A DNA stretch of 64,000 nucleotides from Deltaproteobacteria bacterium. GTDB taxonomy: Bacteria; Desulfobacterota; Deferrisomatia; Deferrisomatales; BM512. The first letter of the stretch is position 1. Each line of letters begins with the position of its first letter. Below are positions 10,092-19,467 of this stretch, in pieces. A program made the translations under genes and the position numbers. The notes under the pieces were generated by a model. The model saw only the letters and a list, made by a program, of their open reading frames with translations, was not told the origin of the DNA and ran no database searches. The stretch lies in contig JAUVAU010000001.1 of NCBI GenBank assembly GCA_030591565.1, positions 30,572 through 94,571 on the forward strand, written 5' to 3'.

Positions 10092-10874
10092 TTATTCCGT
10101 GAATTCCGGCGGCGGGTGACCTGCCCATCCCGCATCCATCCCCTCCAGGAAGGCGCGCACATTGCCCCCCAGCACCGAATGGTAGTAGCCGCCTTCCAGC
10201 ACCCCGAAGACCCGAGCGCCCAATTCCTTTGCCCGCAAAGCCGCCCAGTGGCCTATGTACCGGTAATCATCGGTTTCCAGCAGGCCGCCCCAGTCGAGCT
10301 TGTGGTTGTCGAAACCCGCCGAGAAGGCGATGCAGTCTCCCTCGAACTTGTGAATAGTTTTGTACACTTGGTCCATATAGCTCTGACGCGTTCCATCGGG
10401 GTTGTAGGTTTTCACCCAGGCTTTGCCGATGAGCATGTTGACGGTGCCGTCGCCGTAGTGCATGTCGAAGTCCAGCGCCATGGCGGAACGAATTTTCCCC
10501 TGTGCGTGCAGCGCCACCAACGCCACGGCCAAATTGGAATAGAAACAGAACCCCCAGCAGGAGCCGGGCGATGCGTGGTGGCCCGGGGGGCGGATGAGCG
10601 CGAAGGAGGGGCCTTCATCGGAGTGCTCGGCGGCAAGGATCGCGCCCCCTGCGGACAATGCGGCGATTTCGTGGAACCCTTTGGCCTCCACCCGTTCAAG
10701 TTGCCCTTCGGTGTGGCAGCGCAGCAGGTCTTCCGGGGTGGCGGGTTCGGGTGTGAGCCATTCGATCCCGTCCATCGCTTCCAACGCCTCCAGAACAGAC
10801 TCCATGCGCCCCGCCGCCGCCGCCGGATCATCGGTGTACTGTTCGAGAAATGCTTCATGCCATATAATTTTCAT
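10092..10874 (-). CDS. histone deacetylase / acetoin-utilization (AcuC)-family deacetylase
   Basis: 260 aa. Motifs: IRPPGHHASP, DFDMHYGDGT, AGFDNHKLD, LEGGY. Confidence 0.8.
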   Translation of the reverse strand: MKIIWHEAFLEQYTDDPAAAAGRMESVLEALEAMDGIEWLTPEPATPEDLLRCHTEGQLERVEAKGFHEIAALSAGGAILAAEHSDEGPSFALIRPPGHHASPGSCWGFCFYSNLAVALVALHAQGKIRSAMALDFDMHYGDGTVNMLIGKAWVKTYNPDGTRQSYMDQVYKTIHKFEGDCIAFSAGFDNHKLDWGGLLETDDYRYIGHWAALRAKELGARVFGVLEGGYYHSVLGGNVRAFLEGMDAGWAGHPPPEFTE

Positions 10875-10880
10875 CGTACC

Positions 10881-11072
10881 TTAATCCGCGTCGGGAAGTT
10901 CATATAGTAGCGGTAGGTTACCATAATCGTCATCAATAATAAACAGCACCATGGAATAGACGCCGAACGGGGCTTTCAAGGGAAAAGTATCCGTATCCAT
11001 TCGGGCCGATCCCTTAGCCGCCAGCACTTCAGGACCGTCGTAAACACCCCCTGTCGCTGGAGGCGACAACAC
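10881..11072 (-). CDS. hypothetical small protein (start uncertain: GTG 11072 or ATG 11000)
   Basis: Its TAA stop lies 6 nt upstream of the deacetylase ATG (gatTAAggtacgATG), which suggests coupling. No recognisable motifs. Confidence 0.3.
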   Translation of the reverse strand: MLSPPATGGVYDGPEVLAAKGSARMDTDTFPLKAPFGVYSMVLFIIDDDYGNLPLLYELPDAD

Positions 11073-11116
11073 CTCTCAGCGCGCAGACTTCAATACATTT
11101 TATTGTTCGCCAATCC

Positions 11117-11611
11117 TCACAAGTTCAAACCCATAGCCATGCTTGCTATCTTCTTTAAAATACTCGCAGTCATGGTACCGCCTTGGCCTATTATCTCATA
11201 AACAAGCACAACCATCTTTACCTTGGCCGTAGTGCTCGCCGCATACGCGTTATCCTTCAGAAAATCTTCTACAACCTGTAGCGATTGAGTCAATAGTTGA
11301 GTATCCACCGAATCACCAGCTACCAAATCCATCGATTGGGGGGTATCATTGTCCCAGCTATCCGCAACCCCCTCCCCGGCGAGATAAGCACCTCCAGGCG
11401 TTTTTTTCAACGCCGCGTGCTCTTTCCCCAACAACCAGTTGATGTCAACGCCCAGCCTCAACAGCGCGGTCAGGGCCTTGCCCCCGGGAACGGATGAATC
11501 TTTCTCATAGGACTGTAGTGCGCCGTGGCTTATACCAAGCATCGTGGCAAAAGCCACCTGGCTAAGGCCCTTTTTTTCGCGCACGATCTTAATTCTTTTA
11601 CCTATGCTCAT
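11117..11611 (-). CDS. XRE/cI-family HTH transcriptional regulator with uncharacterised C-terminal domain
   Basis: N-terminus MSIGKRIKIVREKKGLSQVAFATMLGISHGALQSYEKD is a typical HTH_3. 164 aa. Lies in a low-GC patch. Confidence 0.8.
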   Translation of the reverse strand: MSIGKRIKIVREKKGLSQVAFATMLGISHGALQSYEKDSSVPGGKALTALLRLGVDINWLLGKEHAALKKTPGGAYLAGEGVADSWDNDTPQSMDLVAGDSVDTQLLTQSLQVVEDFLKDNAYAASTTAKVKMVVLVYEIIGQGGTMTASILKKIASMAMGLNL

Positions 11612-11874
11612 CGACTTCCTGAAAAAACGGTTGAATCGGGAAGTTTTAGGAAGCGAGTCCCAAAACCAGCGACCATAAAAAAATGTTTAAAAACAAGTTG
11701 TTAAAGAAATATACCTCCAGGCTGAAAATATTTGTTAGGAAGTACTATTGAATAGGGAGTGATATTGAAATATTATACCTGCTACCGCTTTTTTATGCTG
11801 CACAACCAAAATATGCAGTCTAGCATTTTAGCACAACGGTCGGCATATCGACACAATAGCGGCGGAGACGAAAA

Positions 11875-12144
11875 TTGACAAGGGTATTAAAGAAATCACA
11901 AGACTGGCACCCGGCGGATGTAAAAGCCTCGCTGGAAAAAAGGGGGTTGTCGCTGGCAAGCCTCGAAAGAGAGGCTGGCTATTCACGCGGCGCTTTCTCC
12001 CACGTGTGGACCAGGTGCTATCCCGAAGCTCAAAAAATCATCGCCAAAGCCCTCAACGTAGAGCCGTGGAAAATATGGCCCGATCGCTACAGGGACAAAA
12101 ACCCCCTGCGCGGAAGGGATGTGTTCGGAGGGCCCCATTGGTAG
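11875..12144 (+). CDS. Ner/Nlp(SfsB)-family DNA-binding protein
   Basis: QDWHPADVKASLEKRGLSLASLEREAGYS...EAQKIIAKALNVEPWKIWPDRY closely parallels the Mu Ner / E. coli Nlp signature. TTG start with GGAG 8 nt upstream. Divergent from the XRE gene. Confidence 0.75.
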   Translation: MTRVLKKSQDWHPADVKASLEKRGLSLASLEREAGYSRGAFSHVWTRCYPEAQKIIAKALNVEPWKIWPDRYRDKNPLRGRDVFGGPHW

Positions 12145-12528
12145 CAAGCGGTTCGCATCTGCCGAATTGGATGGCTTTGCGGGGCTGCCCGGAACATAGA
12201 GAGGCATTCAGGCTAGGGTCAAAACCGAAAAAGGGAAGGAAAGAAGGATGCCTTCCAGGACGCGCAGCGCTCATATTTGACGAGGAGCGACGACCGCCAT
12301 GTCCCCAAGTACCAGGTTTAATAGCCAGAAAGGGGGGAAGTTGAACTTCTGGAAAAACACGGCATATTCAGGGGTATTAGGAAAACACCCTGCCGCCGTA
12401 CCAAAATCGTATTTTATCAGTAATAATATATATAATTCTAACTCGACCGGAATTATATGGTATAACACATGACCAAAATGGTCTGCTATACCGGATGGCT
12501 AAATTGCGCAAACTCAGCAGGAGCCTAA

Positions 12529-15372
12529 ATGTCTACCCCTCAAGATTGTTTGCAATCGACAGATGTGAAAAAAAATTACCGCGCAATGCAAATATGCGCG
12601 CTTGGCAATGAAGCTATCCTTCGGGCGAAAGACGAAGAAGAGCTTCTCCACTCTCTCTGCCGGGTCACTGTACAGGAGGGCGGACACAAATTTGCCTATG
12701 TGGGCTATGTAGGGGACGACGCGGGGGAAATGGTGGAGCTACAGGGCGTTTTTGGGGAAAACGACTCTTTCCTGGAAAACATCCGGCTTTCCTGGGGGAG
12801 TGACGAATGGGGACGCGGCGTGACGGGCATGGCGATCAGCACCGGCAAGATCTCTCTCATCAAAGACCTCCTCCAGGACAAACGCGCCGAACGCTGGAAG
12901 GAGGATGCACGCCGCTACGGGTTTGGCTCTTCCATCGGTTTGCCGTTATTTGAGGACGGGCGCGTTTTCGGAGCTCTGACCATCGTTTCGGCCGATGTAG
13001 ACGGCTTTGACGAGCAAGAGGTCCAACTACTGGAAAGGCTGGCCGTAAACCTGGGTTACGGCATCCAGGCACTGCGCTCCAAAGCCATATACCAGGAAGC
13101 CGAAAAAAAAACCCGGGAACGGGAGGAATTTTTCAACACTGTTTTGGAGTCGATCCCGGAAGGGATCGTCGTTTGTGAATCCAACGGGGTAATTACCTAC
13201 GCCAACCGACGAATGGTCGAAATCGCCACGCCTGTAGAAGATGAACTCCTGGGGAGCAAGTGCGTCGAGATGTTCGGCGAAGATAATCGACAGATAATGA
13301 TCCACCAGAAGAAGGACCGGGCAAAGGGGGTCATCTCCAAGTACGATCTGGAGGTCGACCCCAAGACGTTTGCGATTCACGCGATCCCACTCACGGGAGA
13401 GGATGGCCGGTTCGTGGGGTCAGTGGGCGTGGTGAGCGACATAACAGAGATGAAACGCATGCAGGAGAAGGCGACCAAATTGGCCTCCGTGGTTGAGAAC
13501 TCCGGCGATCTCATCGGGCTGGCAGACACAAAAGGCATGACCACCTACCTCAACCCCTTCGGTCGCAAGCTGCTGGGCATCGAACCAGAGAGCTCGCTGG
13601 AGGGGGTTCACGTCAGCCAGCTCACTCCTCGCGATGGCTGTGAACCAATGAGGTCGCAAGTCCTGGCTGACGGCCAATGGCGCGGCGAATTCGAGCTACT
13701 CCACCAAGGCACGGGCGAGCCCGTCTACGTGGAGATGCACGCTTTCGTCATCCGGGACGAGCATACGGGAGAGCCCATAGCCTTAGCCAACATCAGCCGC
13801 GATAACCGGGAAAGGCTGGAGGTCGAGCGAGATCACACCCGGCTCCTCACGGTGCTCGAAGAATCCCCCAACATGGTCAGCACCGCCAATCTTGAGGGCG
13901 GGGACGTCTATATCAACCGCTTCGGTCGAAAATTGCTGGGCATCGATCTGGACGCCGATCTAACCGGCCTTTCGATCTTCGATTTTGTCCCCGAGGATAG
14001 GCGGGAGAACGCGAAACAACAAATTTATACAACGCTCTTTGAAGAGGGCGTTTGGCGCAAGGAATTCCCGCTTTGTCATTACGGTACGGGAGAGCCCATA
14101 CCTTTTGAGATGCATGCGTTCCTGATCACCGACCCGAAAACCGGCGAGCCCATGTATATAGCCAACGTAGCCCGGGATCTTCGCGAACAGAAAGGGTCGG
14201 AGGAGGAACGGAAACGGCTCCAGGCGGACCTGCTCCAGGTGCAGAAAATGGAATCCATCGGTCAACTGGTCGGGGGCATGGCTCACGACTTCAACAACAT
14301 TCTCAGTGTGGTCATGACCAATGCCGGCATGCTGAAGTACAGTATGCAGGTAGAGGATGAGCGGCTGAAGTTCGTCCGGCAGATTCTCTCCTCCGCCGAC
14401 CGGGGAGCAGAGATGATCCGGCGACTGATGACCTTCAGCCGAAAACAGCCGATGAAACTGGAGACCTTCGATCTCTGCGAGTACATAGAAAAGCTGGTCC
14501 CCTTCATCGCCAGGCTCGTGGGTGAGAGGGTTGAAATCGAGACCCATTTGAAGACGTGCCCGAACTTCATCCGTGCTGACCGGCTGCACATCGAGCAAAT
14601 CCTGATGAATCTGGCGACCAACGCCCGCGACGCCATGCCCAATGGCGGGAAATTGATTTTGTCGACCGAAACCGTTGCCCATCAACAATTTCCGGGCGGC
14701 ATCATGGAGTGCGGCCTCGTCGGATGCGATTGCGTTCGCGTCAGCGTGCAGGATACCGGCTGCGGTATGGACGATGCTGTGATCGAAAAAGCGTTCGATC
14801 CCTTCTTCACGACGAAAGAGGTGGGGAAAGGTACCGGGCTGGGACTGTCCACCGTTTACGGACTGGTACAACAAAATGACGCGAAGATTCTCTTTGAAAG
14901 CCAGCCTGGAGAAGGGACGACGGCGAGAATCTGCTTTCCCGCTGCGCCCGTTCCCGAGCATGAGACCCGTGAGAAGCAAGAGGCGTCGACAGGGTTGTCC
15001 CATGGCAGCGAAACGATCCTGTTGGTGGAGGATGAGGAGGAGGTGCGGGAAACGGGAAGAACAGTCCTGGAGAGCCTCGGCTATACGGTGCACGAAGCCT
15101 ACGATGGAGTGGACGCGGTGGAAAAGTTGCAAAGCCTGCACGACAAAATCGATTTGGTGATACTCGATGTCGTCATGCCGAGAATGAGCGGCAAAGAGGT
15201 CTTCGACCGTGTGCGCGAACTCAATCCCGGTATGAAAGTTTTGTTCACCAGCGGGTATACCGCCGATATCGTGGACCTGGACAATCTTCCCGATTCGGGC
15301 GTGGCGTTCGTGGCGAAACCCATGTCCGTGGATCAGCTGTTACTGGCGGTTCGCGGTGTGCTCGACAATTGA
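12529..15372 (+). CDS. hybrid sensor histidine kinase (GAF, multiple PAS, HisKA, HATPase, C-terminal REC)
   Basis: 947 aa. H-box GGMAHDFNNILSVV. ATPase motifs NLATNARDAM, DTGCGM, GKGTGLGLSTV. REC domain ILLVEDEEEV...DLVILDVVMP...KP. Confidence 0.88.
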   Translation: MSTPQDCLQSTDVKKNYRAMQICALGNEAILRAKDEEELLHSLCRVTVQEGGHKFAYVGYVGDDAGEMVELQGVFGENDSFLENIRLSWGSDEWGRGVTGMAISTGKISLIKDLLQDKRAERWKEDARRYGFGSSIGLPLFEDGRVFGALTIVSADVDGFDEQEVQLLERLAVNLGYGIQALRSKAIYQEAEKKTREREEFFNTVLESIPEGIVVCESNGVITYANRRMVEIATPVEDELLGSKCVEMFGEDNRQIMIHQKKDRAKGVISKYDLEVDPKTFAIHAIPLTGEDGRFVGSVGVVSDITEMKRMQEKATKLASVVENSGDLIGLADTKGMTTYLNPFGRKLLGIEPESSLEGVHVSQLTPRDGCEPMRSQVLADGQWRGEFELLHQGTGEPVYVEMHAFVIRDEHTGEPIALANISRDNRERLEVERDHTRLLTVLEESPNMVSTANLEGGDVYINRFGRKLLGIDLDADLTGLSIFDFVPEDRRENAKQQIYTTLFEEGVWRKEFPLCHYGTGEPIPFEMHAFLITDPKTGEPMYIANVARDLREQKGSEEERKRLQADLLQVQKMESIGQLVGGMAHDFNNILSVVMTNAGMLKYSMQVEDERLKFVRQILSSADRGAEMIRRLMTFSRKQPMKLETFDLCEYIEKLVPFIARLVGERVEIETHLKTCPNFIRADRLHIEQILMNLATNARDAMPNGGKLILSTETVAHQQFPGGIMECGLVGCDCVRVSVQDTGCGMDDAVIEKAFDPFFTTKEVGKGTGLGLSTVYGLVQQNDAKILFESQPGEGTTARICFPAAPVPEHETREKQEASTGLSHGSETILLVEDEEEVRETGRTVLESLGYTVHEAYDGVDAVEKLQSLHDKIDLVILDVVMPRMSGKEVFDRVRELNPGMKVLFTSGYTADIVDLDNLPDSGVAFVAKPMSVDQLLLAVRGVLDN

Positions 15373-15397
15373 CGCGCCCCCCCCGCTGAACTGAATC

Positions 15398-15500
15398 CGC
15401 AGGAGTTGGCTGGAAAATTGTCTACTCGCAACGTCTGTCTACTTACTCAGCTTACTTAGCCTGACGAAGTCAATTGGGGAAAATGTCAGGCCTTGTCAGC
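15398..15500 (-). repeat. intergenic repeat family B, copy B6 (short form, inverted orientation)
   Basis: The reverse complement reads CCAATTGACTTCGTCAGGCTAAGTAAGCTGAGTAAGTAGACAGACGTTGCGAGTAGACAATTTTCCAGCC. This equals the left end and right end of the long copies at 45.8 kb and 61.6 kb, without their internal segment. Confidence 0.85.
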
Positions 15501-15503
15501 TGA

Positions 15504-16907
15504 TCAGGGGCTTTGCGGGGGGACTATCCCATAAAGCTCCATCTTTCGCTTCAGAGTCGAGTAAGAGATATTAAGGGACTGCGCCGCGTCCTTGTAGTGG
15601 AAGCGATACGCCTTTAACGTCCTTTCAATGAGCAGGTGCTCCATATCATCCAACGCCATGAGCGGCCCTTCCTCCGCAATGGGACTGGCGGCAGCAGCAG
15701 CGGTGGCGGACTGCCCGGCGGGCTCTTGGAGAAATAAAGAGGGCTTCAGCTCCGGACCCTTTTGCAGCAGCATGGCGCGTTCAATCAGGTTTCGGAGTTC
15801 GCGAACGTTACCGGGCCACTGATACTGCTGCAGCAACTCTATCTCTTCCGTGGTGATCCTGAATTCCGCCTGGTTTTTTCCAAGGAAATATTCGCACAGG
15901 GCAGGGATGTCGCCGGTGCGTTCCCGCAGGGGTGGAATGTGTATCCGGATCACGTTGAGGCGGTAGTAGAGGTCGCTGCGGAATCCCGTGCCCAGCTCTT
16001 TTTCCAATTCCAGGTTGGAGGCGGCGATGATCCGTGCGCGGATGGGGGTGAAAGAGGAGCTGCCGATGCGTTTGACCATGCGCGTCTCCAGGACCGATAG
16101 CAGCTTGGACTGCAAGTGGAGCGGCATCTCGCCGATCTCGTCCAAGAGGATCGTCCCTCCCTCGGCCATGCCGAAGAGCCCCTCCCGCGACGAGGTGGCG
16201 CCCGTGAACCCCCCCTTTTCATAGCCGAAAAGTTCGGCCTCGATCAAATTCTCCGGTAGCGCTGCGCAGTTGAAGGGAACGAAGGCTGAAGCATCGCTGT
16301 GGGCGGCGTAATGGATGCATTTGGCTGCGACGCTTTTCCCCGTCCCGGTCATCCCGCTGATCAGGACCGGAGCGTCGGTGGTCGCCGCCAGCTCGATGAG
16401 GCGGTGCACTTCTCCCAACCCATCACCGACCAGGACAGCCTCTACCCTGTCCTTTTCATGCTGATATTGTTGGACGCGCTCGATCCGCTCCAGCCCCGCC
16501 ACTCGCACGGCGCGGTCCACCGCTATCCGAAGTTCTTCCACGGAGATGGGTTTTGACAGAAAATCGAAAGCCCCTGCCTTGAGCGCATTGACGGCGTACT
16601 CGAACTTTGGATATCCAGTAATAACTATGATTTTGGCAAGCGGGTTGTGCTGAAGCAGCCGGTCGCAGAATTCATCTCCCAAACCATCCGGCAGGCGCTG
16701 ATCCAGCAGGATCACGTCCACACGGTGTTGGGCGCTTAGCTCCACCCCCTTTTCACCAGTGGCTGCGATATGGACCTGTCGAGCGGCCCCCTGAAAGATG
16801 TCCTTGATCGTCTCCGCCTGGACCTGGTCGTCATCGACGACGAGCAGAGCAAGCTGCTCCATGGGGTCGTTATCCGGTTTTGGCGACTGGGCAGTGAATT
16901 TCGACAA
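15504..16907 (-). CDS. sigma-54-dependent response regulator (NtrC family: REC, AAA+, Fis-type HTH)
   Basis: 467 aa. REC (LLVVDDDQ...VILLDQRLPD). Walker A GMTGTGKS. GAFTGA-type loop (EKGGFTGA). Also ELFGY and a C-terminal HTH. TTG start at 16907 preceded by GGAGGAGG. Confidence 0.9.
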   Translation of the reverse strand: MSKFTAQSPKPDNDPMEQLALLVVDDDQVQAETIKDIFQGAARQVHIAATGEKGVELSAQHRVDVILLDQRLPDGLGDEFCDRLLQHNPLAKIIVITGYPKFEYAVNALKAGAFDFLSKPISVEELRIAVDRAVRVAGLERIERVQQYQHEKDRVEAVLVGDGLGEVHRLIELAATTDAPVLISGMTGTGKSVAAKCIHYAAHSDASAFVPFNCAALPENLIEAELFGYEKGGFTGATSSREGLFGMAEGGTILLDEIGEMPLHLQSKLLSVLETRMVKRIGSSSFTPIRARIIAASNLELEKELGTGFRSDLYYRLNVIRIHIPPLRERTGDIPALCEYFLGKNQAEFRITTEEIELLQQYQWPGNVRELRNLIERAMLLQKGPELKPSLFLQEPAGQSATAAAAASPIAEEGPLMALDDMEHLLIERTLKAYRFHYKDAAQSLNISYSTLKRKMELYGIVPPQSP

Positions 16908-18687
16908 TGGTTCCTCCTCCTTTTACGCTGTCCACTGTGAGAAGACAGTTCATGGAGGCTAATAATTTTTTAGAAATAGTCAACCCGAGTCCGCTCGCAG
17001 CGGCCTTCGTCGTAAAGAATGGATCAAAGACCTGTCGCCGGGTCTCCTTGGACATCCCGCAGCCATTGTCGGTGATGCGGAGAGTTACTCCCTGGTTATG
17101 ATGCAACGCAACGAGAGTGACCGTGGGGTCGGGTCGGTCTTCCAGCGCATCCAGCGCATTGTTCAACAAATTGAGCATGACGTGCTGCATGGCGCGGGGG
17201 TCGAAATACGCTTGCTCCGCCTCCGGGTGCACGATGGTCTGGAAACGGATGCCGCGCAGCCCGGTGGATCTGAAAGCCATTTTTTCGAAGTGGCGACAAA
17301 ACTGCTCCAGCACCACGGACTCGCAAAATGGCTTCTCGTGTATATTGAAGTTTTTCAATTCACGCAGCAATACCTCAATTCGCTCGACAGCCCCCAGTGA
17401 GCGCCCGATGTAGCTGAGTAATTTGTCACGGGCGAGCTGGTCGAAATGGTCCTCGATGAGCGACAGGTTCATCTTCAGGATGTTCAACGGGTTGCCGATC
17501 TCGTGGCGCAACCCCAACGCGATGGTCCCCAGATTGTCACCCAAATTGACCGCTTCGGCAATGTTTTCGAGCCGGACGCGCTCAGTAACATCCGTACTGG
17601 ACACGGCGAAATTCACCATTTCTTTCGTTGAGTGCGGTCCCACCACCTTCACGGGATAAATATACACCTCTTTCGTGCTGCTGCTTCCGTCAGTTTTCTC
17701 CTGGGTCAGTCGACCGTTCCAGGGCTGCTCCGCTTGAATAGCGTTGCGTGCCGCGCGCCAGGACTCCGCCTTCGGGTCATCGCCGACCGAAAGGGAAAGA
17801 TCATCCTCGTCCGGATCATCGACGAACATAAAGGGATCCCGCTTGAAAGCGGGGTTCAGGTACTGTATCTGCCCGTGGCGGTCGGTAATCGCGAACTGGG
17901 TGGGTGACGCCTCCAACACCGAAGAGAGAAGGTCCTTTTGAAACTCCAACTCCATCTGCTCGGTAACGTCCTCCATCATCAGCATGATGCGCTGGCCGTC
18001 CGTTGTCGTGATGGGCAGGATGGTCAAAAAAACAAGGCGAGGTGCATCATCGTCGCGGGAAACGTACTCGGCCCGGAATCTCGGGGAAGCAACCCCCTTT
18101 TTCAACGTGTCTTGGAACAGGCGGAGCAGCGGGGTCTTCACGCTGTCGTCGATGATGATCGGCTCCCGCTGCGTGAAGCGCATCTGTTCGGACAGGCCCA
18201 TGCGGGTTGCCGCTTCATTGGCGAATTCCACCCGGCCATCTGCGTCGATCAATAAAACCGCGTAGGGCGCACTTTCCAGCAACAGGTGCATAATACCGTG
18301 TATTTCGACAAACTTACGTTGCTCCTGTTCCCGTTCCGTCACGTCGTTGAGGAGGATAAAAACTATGTTGTTGTCGACCCAGTGTACGGTGTAGCCAATG
18401 TGGTAGCCATTGCGGGCAATGGTGTCGGAGACCCGGTTCACGCCGCCGACAAACTGGGGCATGATGGAGACGACCATCTCCTCGCGAAGCTCCTTGAAGC
18501 GCACGGGGATGCCTACCTTCTCCAGCGTTTCCTCCGCCGCGGGATTGCGCAGCAGGAGCTTTTTCCGGGTTAGGTCGAGCATGATGCAACCGAGACTGAT
18601 GTGAACGAGGGAATATAAACATATGGGCATGCCGTCGATTTCAATATCCTCACACCATGCTTCTATATTACTTTTCCGGGTGCTCAT
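16870..18687 (-). CDS. PAS-domain sensor histidine kinase (NtrB-like partner of the downstream NtrC-type regulator)
   Basis: 605 aa. H-box LRHEIGNPLNILK. ATPase motifs NLLNNALDAL, DNGCGM, SGLGLTIS. Its end overlaps the regulator start by 38 nt. Confidence 0.85.
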   Translation of the reverse strand: MSTRKSNIEAWCEDIEIDGMPICLYSLVHISLGCIMLDLTRKKLLLRNPAAEETLEKVGIPVRFKELREEMVVSIMPQFVGGVNRVSDTIARNGYHIGYTVHWVDNNIVFILLNDVTEREQEQRKFVEIHGIMHLLLESAPYAVLLIDADGRVEFANEAATRMGLSEQMRFTQREPIIIDDSVKTPLLRLFQDTLKKGVASPRFRAEYVSRDDDAPRLVFLTILPITTTDGQRIMLMMEDVTEQMELEFQKDLLSSVLEASPTQFAITDRHGQIQYLNPAFKRDPFMFVDDPDEDDLSLSVGDDPKAESWRAARNAIQAEQPWNGRLTQEKTDGSSSTKEVYIYPVKVVGPHSTKEMVNFAVSSTDVTERVRLENIAEAVNLGDNLGTIALGLRHEIGNPLNILKMNLSLIEDHFDQLARDKLLSYIGRSLGAVERIEVLLRELKNFNIHEKPFCESVVLEQFCRHFEKMAFRSTGLRGIRFQTIVHPEAEQAYFDPRAMQHVMLNLLNNALDALEDRPDPTVTLVALHHNQGVTLRITDNGCGMSKETRRQVFDPFFTTKAAASGLGLTISKKLLASMNCLLTVDSVKGGGTIVEIHCPVAKTG

Positions 18688-18720
18688 GAGAAGCCTTTGC
18701 CCTTTCTATCGTTTCGCAGG

Positions 18721-18737
18721 CAGCAATGACAACACCT
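18721..18737 (-). promoter_or_regulatory. weak sigma-54-like promoter candidate upstream of the kinase/NtrC operon
   Basis: Minus strand reads AGGTGTTGTCATTGCTG. GG-N10-GC spacing and a good TTGCT -12 element, but a poor -24 element. About 35 nt upstream of ATG 18687. Confidence 0.3.
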
Positions 18738-18977
18738 GGCGCATGAACGCGCTTTTCGACGAACACGACTAACCGGGCAGGACACTAGCTGGGATCCGTG
18801 CCCGCATCGTCGGGGAGTTCACCAGATGTTTTCGTGAAACTTCTCTTCAGCCACAGGGCGAAGACGCCGGCAAACGGAATACCGAAAACCAAAGCCTGCC
18901 ACCCGTGTCCAACACAGTTGGGGCAGATATGCATTGAATTATCCTTACTTGGTTGCCTTCATTTGTTCAGCGCGCCT

Positions 18978-19352
18978 TCATAAAAGATTCGCCCGTAGGG
19001 CCTTCGTGGATTCCTCCGGTTCACCGTGGGGCAACCGCACCATTTGGGCCGATTGATGCCCTTCGTCGAACACCTTGAATCCGAACTGCTCGTAAAAACG
19101 CACCAAGCGGGCTACTGTCTCATAATCCGTGCGCCCAATGGGCCGGGCGGTCAGGAATATTTTTTTCCCGCAGCAATCGGCCATGTACAAAATGCGCTGA
19201 ACCAGAATGCTCCCCACACCTGCGCTTCTCGCCATGGACGGCACGAAAACGGTGTCGATGGAAAACGCCTCCTTGCTTTCGGAGAACCGAAGCTTGGCGT
19301 AATCTCCTTCGCCCAGATGGGATTGAATTTCTCCGGTGATGTTCATTTGCAA
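18978..19352 (-). CDS. GNAT-family N-acetyltransferase (small)
   Basis: 124 aa. Motif A-like ARSAGVGSILVQRIL. C-terminal YEQFGFKV. Confidence 0.6.
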   Translation of the reverse strand: MQMNITGEIQSHLGEGDYAKLRFSESKEAFSIDTVFVPSMARSAGVGSILVQRILYMADCCGKKIFLTARPIGRTDYETVARLVRFYEQFGFKVFDEGHQSAQMVRLPHGEPEESTKALRANLL

Positions 19353-19467
19353 CCTGTCGTGAAAAAGAAGGGGGATTGCCTCTGGAAGAGAAAAAACACG
19401 CGGGGAAGAGAGCCTGTCCAGGAGGCAGGAACTCCAGGACAGACCCGCTCCCTTCCGCGTGCGGGCC

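Noticed and set aside
9653-12528. Integrative element inserted at tRNA-Leu.
   Set aside because: I found no integrase or recombinase gene and no direct repeat of the tRNA 3' end. The deacetylase gene in between has host-like GC. Only the low-GC regulator patch is reported, as a lower-interest finding.
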